Source: an uncultured Candidatus Saccharibacteria bacterium (GTDB lineage Bacteria > Patescibacteriota > UBA1384 > XYA2-FULL-43-10 > 1-14-0-10-43-13). Taken from it: DNA of 64,000 bases. The stretch lies in the NCBI GenBank assembly GCA_964543385.1, contig CAZIYE010000001.1, positions 422,755 to 486,754 on the forward strand, in the 5' to 3' direction. Under the pieces are notes generated by a model. The model made no database searches. It was not told the origin of the DNA and saw nothing but the letters and a program-made list of their open reading frames with translations. The translations under genes and the position numbers were made by a program. Shown one piece after another: positions 38,810 to 48,691 of this stretch (position 1 is its first letter; every line of letters begins with the position of its first letter).

Positions 38810-40213
38810 CTAAACCAACTTTTTTATTGCGTTTGAGATTCTTTTCAGAGTCTCTTCTTGCCCCAGCGCCACCATCAATTCAACTGGTGAAGGCGACTTT
38901 TCACTGCCAGAGAGAGCAACCCGAACCGGCCAAAAAACATCACCGTTGGTCATACCGTTTTCAGTAACTGTATATTCGAGAGCTTTTTGAACATTATTTG
39001 CACTCCATTCATCCTCAACAGTCAACTTTTCATTTACAATTTGCAATGCGATTGTCGTATTCTTCTTATCAGACTTTTTAAATATTAGTATTTCGGCTTT
39101 ATAATCTGGCTCTGCGCGCAAAACCATAATATACTCTGCCATTTCTTTTAGTGTCGCATAACCACCTCGAAGCAAAAGTGCTATCTCGCCATCAGTCATA
39201 TCGTTAACATCAAAATTTTTAAGTTCAGCCTTCAGTCTTTTCGGCTCAAGTTTCATCAGATAATAAGAATTGATGCTATTTAGTTTCTCGAGATTAAATA
39301 TTGCAGGCGCCTTATTTACCTCTTCAATCTTGAATTCATTTTTAAGTTCAGCGAGAGTAAAAAACTCCCGATCATCACCTGGATTCCAGCCCATCAAAAC
39401 TAAGAAATTAATAACTGCCTCCGGTAAATAACCCAATTTCTTGTATTCACTAATGCCTGTTGCCCCATGTCGCTTCGATAATTTTGTTTTATCAGATGCC
39501 AATATCATCGATAAATGAGCAAACTCTGGCGCTTGCCAACCGAACATCCGATAAAGAGTTAAATGTTTTGGCGTCGAAGACAACCACTCTTCGCCACGAA
39601 TGACGTGTGTGATTTCCATTTCATGATCATCTACAATAGCCGCTAAGTGATATGTTGGGAAACCATCAGATTTTATAATTACCTGATCATCAGAAAGCGA
39701 CAAATCGAATTCAATATTCCCTCTTATCAGATCGTGAACAATTACTTTGCCACTCTTTGGCATCTTCATTCGAATGACATATTCTCCCTCTTTAACATCC
39801 TCAATTTTTATTCCAGCTTCTCGACAATGCCCCTCATAGCCAGTTGGTCTTTTTTCTGACTCCTGTCGTTTCCGATCCTCATCTAGTCTTTCGCGTGTAC
39901 AAGTACATATGTAAGCTTTACCTTCTTTTAGAAGTTGCAGGGCATAAGATTTATATATACCAATTCTTTTTGTCTGGTAAACGATGTCATCAAGATTGTC
40001 AGGAACTAAATTCATCCACTTCAAAGCATCGATAATTTTTTCAATCGATCCTTCAACATAACGACCACGATCAGTATCTTCAATTCTTAAATAAAACTTG
40101 CCACCGGTACTTTTGGCTGCCAAATACTCAAAAAGAGCTGTCCTAAAGTTACCAATGTGTGGCTCTCCTGTCGGACTCGGCGCAAAACGTGTAATGATTT
40201 TTTCTTTATTCAT
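38810..40213 (-). CDS. gltX: Glutamyl-tRNA synthetase
   Basis: RFAPSPTGEPHIGNFRTA (HIGH), KLSKRHG (KMSKS); 467 aa. Confidence 0.9.
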   Translation of the reverse strand: MNKEKIITRFAPSPTGEPHIGNFRTALFEYLAAKSTGGKFYLRIEDTDRGRYVEGSIEKIIDALKWMNLVPDNLDDIVYQTKRIGIYKSYALQLLKEGKAYICTCTRERLDEDRKRQESEKRPTGYEGHCREAGIKIEDVKEGEYVIRMKMPKSGKVIVHDLIRGNIEFDLSLSDDQVIIKSDGFPTYHLAAIVDDHEMEITHVIRGEEWLSSTPKHLTLYRMFGWQAPEFAHLSMILASDKTKLSKRHGATGISEYKKLGYLPEAVINFLVLMGWNPGDDREFFTLAELKNEFKIEEVNKAPAIFNLEKLNSINSYYLMKLEPKRLKAELKNFDVNDMTDGEIALLLRGGYATLKEMAEYIMVLRAEPDYKAEILIFKKSDKKNTTIALQIVNEKLTVEDEWSANNVQKALEYTVTENGMTNGDVFWPVRVALSGSEKSPSPVELMVALGQEETLKRISNAIKKLV

Positions 40214-40293
40214 AGGATTAAATTAACACAAAATTAATAGTTATTGAATAGGAGAAAACCAAATTACTCTTTCTACATTCCACATTCTACTTT

Positions 40294-40656
40294 CTATCCT
40301 TCCACTGCGCTCTCGATATGTTCGATCTTTGGTCCGCCCATACTTATATCGACGCCGATAACGTCAATTCTTATTGTCCGATCTGGATATTTCTGAGAGA
40401 TAGCCCGAGCTAACAAACGAAGCTTGTTCTGCTTGGCAAATCTAACCAAGTCTTGCGCCAATCCGAAGCCACTGCCCCTTACAGTTTTAACCTCGGCTAT
40501 TACAATAGTTCTTTTGTATTCTGCCAATATGTCAATCTCACCAAAAGAAAAATTAATATTACGGTCTATAATTTTATAGCCTTTATATTCAAGGTATTCA
40601 ACGGCTAAATCCTCACCGAAGTTACCAACATTTCGGTTTTCTTGTTTATTAGACAT
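40294..40656 (-). CDS. YraN/UPF0102-family endonuclease
   Basis: GEDLAVEYL ... GEIDILA ... VIAEVK matches the restriction-endonuclease-like PD-(D/E)xK core of the YraN family; 120 aa. Confidence 0.75.
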   Translation of the reverse strand: MSNKQENRNVGNFGEDLAVEYLEYKGYKIIDRNINFSFGEIDILAEYKRTIVIAEVKTVRGSGFGLAQDLVRFAKQNKLRLLARAISQKYPDRTIRIDVIGVDISMGGPKIEHIESAVEG

Positions 40657-40732
40657 TAAGTGATATTATAACAGAAAAATGCCCCGATTGGGGGCATTTT
40701 TCATCAGAGCCATATATATAACTTGGTAGTTA

Positions 40733-41254
40733 TTATTTTGTTTCTTCTTCCTTTTTGTCTTCAACGATTCTGTCTCCAGCAAGTGCTTCTGCTTTTGCAG
40801 ATAGTTCTGCTTCTTCGGCAGCTTTCTTAGCTGCGTCTGCTTCAGCCGCAGCAGCTGTTTCGGCTGCAATTTTCTCGAGCTCTTCTTCAGCGCCCTTCTC
40901 TTCCCAAACTTTATGATCACGATTTAAGTCTTTGAGTCTAGCATTTTTGCCGGAAAGATTTCTCATATAATAAAGCTTACTTCGTCTAACTTTAGATTGT
41001 TTTACTCTTTCGACTTTGACAACTCTAGGGCTATGTAATGGAAATACTCTCTCAACACCGACGCCAAAGGATTCTTTGCGTACGGTAAAGGTACCGTCTA
41101 GACCAGCGCCGTGCTTAACAGCGATGACTAATCCTTCGAAGATCTGAACTCTTTCTTTAGCCCCTTCTTTGACCTTAAGATGAACTTTGACAGTGTCGCC
41201 GCTCTTAAGCTCAGGAGCATTTTTCTTCAAATATTTTTGTAAAACTTTTTCCAT
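40733..41254 (-). CDS. rplS: 50S ribosomal protein L19 with an about 55-aa Ala/Glu/Lys-rich C-terminal extension
   Basis: GDTVKVHLKVKEGAKERVQIFEGLVIAV ... KLYYMR matches L19; the extra tail is AEADAAKKAAEEAELSAKAEA-like. Confidence 0.9.
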   Translation of the reverse strand: MEKVLQKYLKKNAPELKSGDTVKVHLKVKEGAKERVQIFEGLVIAVKHGAGLDGTFTVRKESFGVGVERVFPLHSPRVVKVERVKQSKVRRSKLYYMRNLSGKNARLKDLNRDHKVWEEKGAEEELEKIAAETAAAAEADAAKKAAEEAELSAKAEALAGDRIVEDKKEEETK

Positions 41255-41547
41255 TATTTACCTACCTTTGCGATTTCATCGACGTGAACAAATGTTCTTT
41301 TATCTTTATTGCCAGTAAAAGCAACTACCTTTTTCTCTTGGAAACGTACTGTTCCATCGATCTGAGAATAAAGAGTATAGTCATCACCCATCCCAACATT
41401 TTTGCCAGGATGAAACTTTGTACCGTGCTGACGAATGATAATTCCACCGGCGGTGATTACTTGACCACCAAAAACTTTGACGCCCAATCTTTTACTTTGC
41501 GAATCTCTTCCTAGCCTGGTACTACCTGCGGCCTTCTTATGTGCCAT
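41254..41547 (-). CDS. rpmA: 50S ribosomal protein L27
   Basis: [24 protein letters not shown]...GTKFHPG is a classic L27 sequence. Confidence 0.9.
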   Translation of the reverse strand: MAHKKAAGSTRLGRDSQSKRLGVKVFGGQVITAGGIIIRQHGTKFHPGKNVGMGDDYTLYSQIDGTVRFQEKKVVAFTGNKDKRTFVHVDEIAKVGK

Positions 41548-41587
41548 TGTAACTCCCTATTAATTAAACAAAACCCTACATTTTTCT

Positions 41588-42799
41588 TTATAGGGTTAGC
41601 AGCAAGATTTCTCTCTTGACTACTTGATAGTCTCTGCCATAAATTAGCGGCGACTGTTGCTCAGTATACCCAATTTTTTTGATTTCGTCAACACAATCAC
41701 GATAAAGACTAAATCTCTTACCCTCTGTCGTTTCAACAAGTGGAAATACAACGCAGAATACTGGTTTATAGGGCTTGAGGTCGGCCATATTGGCAAAAAA
41801 TGAGATATAGAGATCTTTTACTTTGGCATATTCTCCTCTTGCCGCACTTAGAGTGGGCATGAATTTTTTTGGTTCACCTAAATATGGCTCTGTCACAACT
41901 GCAAGATTAGCAGCAGATAAGGAACTGATAGCAGATAGGTATTGCCCAAAGTCAAACTTTGTCGCATCAGCCTGAATAATATTTAGTTTCTCTTCTCCTC
42001 TTTCCCCTCTCCTTTCCAAAAGCCAACTAGTATTATCCTGACTATCTCCTACTGCTTTTTCTGAAACATCAGCGCCAAAAGTATTATAACCAAGCATCAA
42101 AGATTCCATTAAAATATTTCCTGATCCACAAAAAGGATCAATGACAAGTATTTCATGCCGTGAATTTTTTTCAAGGGCGAGATTTATCATTATTCTTGCT
42201 AATTTAGGTGGTAGCATACCAGAATATTTGTCGCCAGCAGGCTTCTCATAATCACGCACGCTCCATTCGACGGGATTAGTCGTCGCTACAAGAACTCCGA
42301 TTGACTCATTAAATAGGCCAAATTCAAAACCTTCTTCAACTAGCTTGCTCTTTAAAGACAAAATTGTTGAAACCTCTTTGCCTTCTCTGTTTTCCACAAA
42401 ACGAGAAGAGATTTTGCCCTTAAAATTCTTCTTCATTTCGAGTCCAAGGCTATTTAGGCGTCTTTGATCAAATTTAATAGAATATGAAGACAATGCAAAA
42501 TTGAATTTGCCATCTTTTTTTAAATTAGTTTGAATATATGTTTCTAAAACTGACTTAAATTTTTCATCCATCGGAGCGATGATCTTAAAAATTTTTATTG
42601 TTCCGCCTAGAACTGCCAAAAGATCCACCATATTTATTGGCGCCTTAGTAATATTGATGAAAGCAACATTGTCGGCTACACTAAAGTCACCAAAACAAAA
42701 ACCAAATCTTAAAAATACCGCTTTCAGTTCGGCCAAACAAAGTTCTCTCTCTCGTCCGAGGACAAAAGCATATGTGTTTATTGTTGACAAATTATCCAT
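41588..42799 (-). CDS. THUMP-domain class I SAM-dependent RNA methyltransferase (RlmL/Trm14-like N2-G methyltransferase family)
   Basis: SAM motif I VIDPFCGSGNILMES and a following acidic motif. N-terminal THUMP-like region. Start trimmed to the ATG at 42799 (MDNLST...). Confidence 0.6.
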   Translation of the reverse strand: MDNLSTINTYAFVLGRERELCLAELKAVFLRFGFCFGDFSVADNVAFINITKAPINMVDLLAVLGGTIKIFKIIAPMDEKFKSVLETYIQTNLKKDGKFNFALSSYSIKFDQRRLNSLGLEMKKNFKGKISSRFVENREGKEVSTILSLKSKLVEEGFEFGLFNESIGVLVATTNPVEWSVRDYEKPAGDKYSGMLPPKLARIMINLALEKNSRHEILVIDPFCGSGNILMESLMLGYNTFGADVSEKAVGDSQDNTSWLLERRGERGEEKLNIIQADATKFDFGQYLSAISSLSAANLAVVTEPYLGEPKKFMPTLSAARGEYAKVKDLYISFFANMADLKPYKPVFCVVFPLVETTEGKRFSLYRDCVDEIKKIGYTEQQSPLIYGRDYQVVKREILLLTL

Positions 42800-42840
42800 A
42801 TTATTTTTAAGTATAACATATATTAGGCTACAAATCAAAA

Positions 42841-45800
42841 ATGACTGAAAAAGAATTTCCACAATTTGTTCATCTCCATGTTCATAGCCACTATTCAATG
42901 TTGGATGGTATGGGCAAAATTTCTGATTTAGTTAAAAAAGCAAAACAAGATGGTCAGCCTGCCTTGGCTCTCACTGATCATGGAGTGATGCATGGGGTAA
43001 TTGAATTATATGAAGAATGTATCAAAGAAGGAATTAAACCAATAATTGGAGTAGAGGCCTATGTTGCTCCCCGAACCCTGCACGACAAGCAACCCAGAAT
43101 AGACTCTAGCTCCTACCATTTGATTCTGTTGGCCAAAAATGATGTTGGATATAAGAACCTTTTAAAACTCACTACGATAGCCCATCTGGAGGGTTATTAC
43201 TACAAACCAAGAGTAGACAAGGAGACATTAAGAAAATATTCTGATGGATTAATAGCCTGTACCGCCTGTGTTCAAGGAGAAGTTCCACGAAAATCACTCG
43301 AAAGCATTGATCTAGGACGCGATACCGTCAAGGAATATATAGATATATTTGGCAAAGATAATTTATATCTAGAAGTTCAAAAACACAGCAAAGTAGAACA
43401 ACAAGAAGCCGCAAATGAATTAATCTTCCAATTATCAAAGGAATTTGACCTAAAAGTAATTGCTACCAATGATCCTCATTATGTTAATTCTGATGACGAC
43501 ATTGCCCAAGACGCACTACTTTGCCTCCAGACAGGGCGAGTGGTAAGCGACGAAAAGAGGATGTCTATGGCTGGGGATGATTATTCCCTCCTGACCAGAG
43601 AACAGATGGCAAAAAACTTTCCCGATCGCCCTGAAGTTATGACAAACACTCTAGAAATAGTTGAGAAGTGCAATTTGAAGCTTGATCTGGGCGGAATTAT
43701 TATCCCTGACTTTCCTGTACCAGAAGGCCACACCTTGGAAAGCTATTTTATGGAAAAAAGTTATCTCGGTTTAAACTGGAGATACGGCTCAGAAAGGATA
43801 ACCAAAGCCGATCTTCCGAAAGACCGCGAACCAACACCAGAAGAATTAAAGATCACTCCAGAAATTTGGGAACGTTATAAATATGAGTACAGCGTTATAG
43901 ATCACATGGGATATCAAGGGTATCTGTTGATTGTCGCTGATTATGTTCAATGGGCCAAAGATCAGGGCATCGCTGTCGGCCCTGGCCGTGGCTCTGGCGC
44001 CGGATCTATCATTTGCTATTCATTCAATATTACCAATTTGAACCCCTTAGACTACGGATTGCTTTTCGAGCGCTTCTTAAATCCTGATAGAATTTCAATG
44101 CCTGATATAGATATGGACTTTGCCGACTCCCGTCGAAGTGAAGTTATCGAATATGTGAGCCATAAATATGGAAAAGACCATGTTGCTCAGATTATTACTT
44201 TCGGAACCATGGCAGCCCGCATGGCAGTACGCGATGTTGGAAGAGTTCTCTCCATGACCTATTCAGAAGTCGACACTATCGCAAAATTGATTCCTGCTGG
44301 TATGGATTTAAAAGAAGCCCTAGAATCTATCTCTGAGCTACGAAGTCTTTACAATAGCGATGCCAAAGTTAAGCAATGTATTGATATAGCAAAAAGGTTA
44401 GAGGGTGTCGTCCGCCATGCATCCATGCATGCCGCTGGAGTAGTGATCTCTAAAGAGCCATTAACGGAATATTGCCCATTGCAAGAAGCTCAAAAAGGTG
44501 ACATATCTACCGTCACTCAGTACTCAATGGGACCGATTGAACACTTAGGTCTCTTAAAGATGGACTTTTTAGGTTTATCAAACTTATCAATCATTCAAGA
44601 TGCACTTAAAATTATAAAGAAAACTAGAGATACCGTAATAGATATTGATAATTTGGTTCTTGACGACAAGGATACATATAGACTGCTATCGCACGGCGAA
44701 ACAATCGGAGTGTTTCAGCTGGAAAGTGACGGCATGAAACGATACCTAAAGGAACTAAAACCTTCAGTATTTGAAGACATAATCGCGATGGTTGCCCTTT
44801 ACCGTCCAGGACCAATGCAATGGATTGATAGCTTCATCGCCAGAAAACATGGTCGGGAACCAATTGTTTATTTTCATGAAAAGTCTAAGGCGTCTCTGGA
44901 AAATACTTATGGCATTATTGTCTACCAGGAACAGGTTATGCAAATGGCGAAAGACATGGCAAACTTTACCGGCGGTCAAGCAGATACCCTAAGAAAAGCG
45001 ATGGGTAAGAAAATCAAAGAACTTATGGAAAAAATCGGCAAAGAATTTATCGAAGGCTGTACCAAAAATAATGTAGAAAAAGAAATAGCCGAAAATCTTT
45101 ATCAGGCGATGCAAGACTTCGCCCAGTATGCCTTCAATAAGTCTCACGCTGCTTGCTATGCCCTGATTGCCTACCAGACAGCTTATCTAAAGGCTCATTA
45201 TCCTTCTGAGTTCATGGCCGCATTGATGACCTCTAATAAAGATGATCTCGACAAACTAGCAATCGAGATTGATGAATGTAAACGCATGAATATAGAGGTT
45301 TTACCTCCATCAGTAAATGAATCATTTGTAGATTTCGGTGTGGTCAAAGAAACAGGCAACGTCCGCTTCGGTTTATCAGCCATAAAAAATGTTGGCACAG
45401 CAGTTGCCGAGGAAATTATTGAGGAAAGAAAGAATAATGGTAAATTCAATAATTTCACTGATTTTTTAACAAGATTAAGCGGTAAAGTAGCAAACAAAAA
45501 GTCACTTGAAGCCCTTGCAATGGCCGGAGCTTTTTCAGAAATGGCCGAAAGAAATGAGATTCTTTTTAACATGGAAAAAATACTGGCCTTTTCTACTAAT
45601 TTGCAGAAAATAAAGAATGATTCACAAGATTCCTTATTCGGCGATAATAGTGAGATTGAGGCTGCAAGATTGGATCTAGAAAAAGCCAAACCAGCTGATA
45701 AAAAGCAGATTCTATCATGGGAAAGAGAACTATTGGGGATGTATATATCAGAACATCCGCTTTCAGATATTGGACATATTATAGAAGCGAACCGAACTAT

Positions 45801-46446
45801 TAAAATAAATGAAATTAGACATGACAAAGAAAACCACTTTGTCAGAATTGCTGGGGTTATCACCTCCTTGCAAAAAATCCTCACTCGCAACAATCAGAAT
45901 ATGGTTTTTGCCAAGATTGAAGATCTACAAGCAAACGCCGAGGTTTTGGTTTTTCCAAAATTATTGGAGAATGTTAGCGATCTGCTTGTAAATGATAAGA
46001 TAGTCGCTATCGACGGATTTGTGAGCTTTAAAGATGGTGCCTTAAAAATTTTGGCTGAGAACATCTATGAATTAAAAGATGATGTCCAAATACCGCGATT
46101 CGCCGTTCGTGATAGAAAAAGAGGATCGGGGCGCTTCAATAACAACAAGAAAGATACTTTGATAGAAGTGAAAAGAAATAATACTTATGAGACAAAAACA
46201 GCCGATATTTATATGCCAAACAATTTAAGAATTTCCATACCTCCTTACTTTACAAAGGAAGATCTTCTTGAGATTAAGGATGTTTTGTCCAATCACCCTG
46301 GAGATTGCTCAGTATCTTTAAAAATACTAGACCCCCATACTCAAGAATATAAGGAAATTAAAATAAAGAATCAGATCAAGTCAGACCCTATATTGCTAAG
46401 AAAGATTAAGGATTTTGTTGGTAAGGATAATTGTGAGATTTTTTAG
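42841..46446 (+). CDS. dnaE: DNA polymerase III alpha subunit
   Basis: PHP domain FVHLHVHSHYSMLDG, polymerase core and OB fold; 1201 aa. Confidence 0.92.
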   Translation: MTEKEFPQFVHLHVHSHYSMLDGMGKISDLVKKAKQDGQPALALTDHGVMHGVIELYEECIKEGIKPIIGVEAYVAPRTLHDKQPRIDSSSYHLILLAKNDVGYKNLLKLTTIAHLEGYYYKPRVDKETLRKYSDGLIACTACVQGEVPRKSLESIDLGRDTVKEYIDIFGKDNLYLEVQKHSKVEQQEAANELIFQLSKEFDLKVIATNDPHYVNSDDDIAQDALLCLQTGRVVSDEKRMSMAGDDYSLLTREQMAKNFPDRPEVMTNTLEIVEKCNLKLDLGGIIIPDFPVPEGHTLESYFMEKSYLGLNWRYGSERITKADLPKDREPTPEELKITPEIWERYKYEYSVIDHMGYQGYLLIVADYVQWAKDQGIAVGPGRGSGAGSIICYSFNITNLNPLDYGLLFERFLNPDRISMPDIDMDFADSRRSEVIEYVSHKYGKDHVAQIITFGTMAARMAVRDVGRVLSMTYSEVDTIAKLIPAGMDLKEALESISELRSLYNSDAKVKQCIDIAKRLEGVVRHASMHAAGVVISKEPLTEYCPLQEAQKGDISTVTQYSMGPIEHLGLLKMDFLGLSNLSIIQDALKIIKKTRDTVIDIDNLVLDDKDTYRLLSHGETIGVFQLESDGMKRYLKELKPSVFEDIIAMVALYRPGPMQWIDSFIARKHGREPIVYFHEKSKASLENTYGIIVYQEQVMQMAKDMANFTGGQADTLRKAMGKKIKELMEKIGKEFIEGCTKNNVEKEIAENLYQAMQDFAQYAFNKSHAACYALIAYQTAYLKAHYPSEFMAALMTSNKDDLDKLAIEIDECKRMNIEVLPPSVNESFVDFGVVKETGNVRFGLSAIKNVGTAVAEEIIEERKNNGKFNNFTDFLTRLSGKVANKKSLEALAMAGAFSEMAERNEILFNMEKILAFSTNLQKIKNDSQDSLFGDNSEIEAARLDLEKAKPADKKQILSWERELLGMYISEHPLSDIGHIIEANRTIKINEIRHDKENHFVRIAGVITSLQKILTRNNQNMVFAKIEDLQANAEVLVFPKLLENVSDLLVNDKIVAIDGFVSFKDGALKILAENIYELKDDVQIPRFAVRDRKRGSGRFNNNKKDTLIEVKRNNTYETKTADIYMPNNLRISIPPYFTKEDLLEIKDVLSNHPGDCSVSLKILDPHTQEYKEIKIKNQIKSDPILLRKIKDFVGKDNCEIF

Positions 46447-46939
46447 TACTATTTAGGACACTAGCTATTTTTTGTTGCACTGAATAAGGATTTGAGATAT
46501 TCTCCACTACTATATCCCCACCTTCTCGCGCACCTGCAGTCCTTATTATCAAATCACCATATTTTAACATTGTTTTAGTCATACCTTGCATATTGCTAGA
46601 CATATCGACAATATTTACTAGTTCCGCTTCAGTAATTCTTCTTTTGAAAAAACCTTTTTGGTCGATCGAAAATACCCTCATATTTGTAACAATTAGCAGG
46701 GTCTCTTTGTAGCTATAAAAAGCATTGAAAAAATATAACAAGATTAATAGAGATAGAATCGATCCGACCAGCCACATCTTAGGAAGAAAAAGGAATATCC
46801 CTATTGCTACCGACAATACCAATATCGTCCTAAAACCTGGCGAATAGAGAGTGTAAGGATGAGTAGGAATAACTTCCATCACCTTCTCTCCCTGTTTCTG
46901 ACCGCTGAATGTATATTCCTCTTCCATAATTAATTCCAT
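46406..46939 (-). CDS. Membrane protein with bacterial PH (YdbT/DUF304-like) domain
   Basis: Two TM helices followed by a beta-rich domain (VFSIDQKGFFKRRITEAELVNIVD); the 3' end overlaps dnaE by 41 bp, convergent. Confidence 0.5.
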   Translation of the reverse strand: MELIMEEEYTFSGQKQGEKVMEVIPTHPYTLYSPGFRTILVLSVAIGIFLFLPKMWLVGSILSLLILLYFFNAFYSYKETLLIVTNMRVFSIDQKGFFKRRITEAELVNIVDMSSNMQGMTKTMLKYGDLIIRTAGAREGGDIVVENISNPYSVQQKIASVLNSTKKSHNYPYQQNP

Positions 46940-48039
46940 TAAGATTTCAAACTATTTCTTCTTTTGATTATAGATAATATTATTATAAGCGCAATTACTA
47001 AAATAAATAAAGCCAGCCCTGCGACTATCTTCGACAATGTCGTTGAACGTAGCGCCACCCAGGCGAAAGCAATCGCTATAATATAAATAAAAATTACCGC
47101 CTGTCTTTGTGAAAATCCTGCCGCCAAGAAACGGTGGTGAAGATGAGTCTTATCCGGAGATGTCATTGGATTCTTGCCTTTTAAGATACGACCGGTTGCA
47201 ACCATTATTCCATCTACTATAGGAAAACCAAGAGCTAAGAAAACTGTTGCGAGCTTACCACCAGAAATTAGAGGCAAAACTCCCAGCATAAAGCCCAAAA
47301 ACATACTTCCCGAATCCCCCATAAATATTTTAGCAGGAGGGAAATTTAATATAAGAAAGCCTGCCGAAGCACCAGCCATTGCTATTGCAATTGAAGCTGT
47401 TGCCGGTTGGCTCACTGCCAAAGAAATTGATAGAAGGAAAATTGTAATAAATGCTATTGTCGCAAGTCCGCCAGCAAGTCCATCAACGCCATCGACAAAA
47501 TTAATCGCATTCATCATTCCCACTATCCAAATTAAAGTTAATAAATCTGACAATAAGGAAAAATGGTATACAACCCCTTGATAGGAAAACAATGGTATGT
47601 AAATTGTATTTAGATCCAGACGCTCACCAAATGGATTTGATAAATAATCAATACCAATTCCTGATGCTATAACTACTAACGCAACAACTGTTTGCAATAA
47701 TAGTTTCTTCCAAGCCTTAAGGCCCCTAATGTCATCGTAGAGCATAAAAGCCGTTATCATAAGACCACCGACCAATATTCCCAAAAATTTTTTATCTATA
47801 GACCAAATATGCCCAAAACCAAAACTGAGTTGCTGACGATCTAATAAAAAAATGGCTATTGAGATAACGAAAAATGACAAAAATATTGCAATGCCGCCAA
47901 TCCTCGGTACTGGTTTTTTGTGTATATCTCTAGCTCGAGGTTTAGAAAGTAAATTCCATCTATAGCCTAATTTTCTCGCAACAAAACTAAAAGTTAGAGA
48001 GAGAGCGAGGCCCAATAAAAAAATGGAAAGATAATTCAT
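46939..48039 (-). CDS. Polyprenyl-phosphate N-acetylhexosamine-1-phosphate transferase (MraY/WecA/TagO GT4 family)
   Basis: MMNAINFVDGVDGLAGG, FMGDSGSMFLGF, DKTHLHHR motifs; 10-11 TM. Confidence 0.8.
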   Translation of the reverse strand: MNYLSIFLLGLALSLTFSFVARKLGYRWNLLSKPRARDIHKKPVPRIGGIAIFLSFFVISIAIFLLDRQQLSFGFGHIWSIDKKFLGILVGGLMITAFMLYDDIRGLKAWKKLLLQTVVALVVIASGIGIDYLSNPFGERLDLNTIYIPLFSYQGVVYHFSLLSDLLTLIWIVGMMNAINFVDGVDGLAGGLATIAFITIFLLSISLAVSQPATASIAIAMAGASAGFLILNFPPAKIFMGDSGSMFLGFMLGVLPLISGGKLATVFLALGFPIVDGIMVATGRILKGKNPMTSPDKTHLHHRFLAAGFSQRQAVIFIYIIAIAFAWVALRSTTLSKIVAGLALFILVIALIIILSIIKRRNSLKS

Positions 48040-48077
48040 ATTATGATTATAACCAAACGTTACACAAAGTAGAAATT

Positions 48078-48683
48078 TTAAAACATTGCCGCATGGTCAA
48101 CACGATCGTAGTCGTCATGAATTTCGCTCTCTGAAAACCAATGAGCAATTTCATGTTCTGCCTCTTCCTTATTCTCAGATATATGAATAACGTTCTTAAT
48201 AGCGCGCTTACCCACATTGGCTGCAGCAGGAGAATCGGTGGAATAGTCACCCCTGATAGTTCCGATATCTGCCTTAGATGGTAATGTAACCCCAGCAATC
48301 TTTCTAGCCATATCTATAGCGTGAACTCCTTCTATTACCATCGCAATCATTGGAGCTTCAGTAAGGTACTTTACAAGCCATTCTCTGACCTGTTTACCCG
48401 CCTCCAACTTATCTCGAGTACCCATAACATCTTGAGGATCAAGTCCAAGCTCATCAAAAACGGTAAACCCTTTTTGACCCAACCTGGCCACCCAAACATC
48501 ATCCTTAGGATAATGCTCATTGGCTTGATCAATATTTGGTTTAACCATTTTTAAGGCAACAATCTTCAGTCCCCTTTTTTCGAATCTGGTAATTATCTCT
48601 CCTATGATTCCACGCTGAGTACCGTCAGGTTTCACCATCGCAAATGTTCTCTCAATAGCTGGTCCTAGCTGTTTGTTAGCCAT
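48078..48683 (-). CDS. ndk: Nucleoside diphosphate kinase with an about 50-aa insertion
   Basis: ERTFAMVKPDG, GEIITRFEKRG, NVIHISEN (active-site His) motifs; 201 aa versus the usual about 140-150. Confidence 0.85.
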   Translation of the reverse strand: MANKQLGPAIERTFAMVKPDGTQRGIIGEIITRFEKRGLKIVALKMVKPNIDQANEHYPKDDVWVARLGQKGFTVFDELGLDPQDVMGTRDKLEAGKQVREWLVKYLTEAPMIAMVIEGVHAIDMARKIAGVTLPSKADIGTIRGDYSTDSPAAANVGKRAIKNVIHISENKEEAEHEIAHWFSESEIHDDYDRVDHAAMF

Positions 48684-48691
48684 ACAACTCC

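Noticed and set aside
40666-40920. 84-aa Lys-rich ORF overlapping the rplS 3' end
   Set aside because: It is an alternate frame of the Ala/Glu/Lys-rich L19 tail; a low-complexity artefact.
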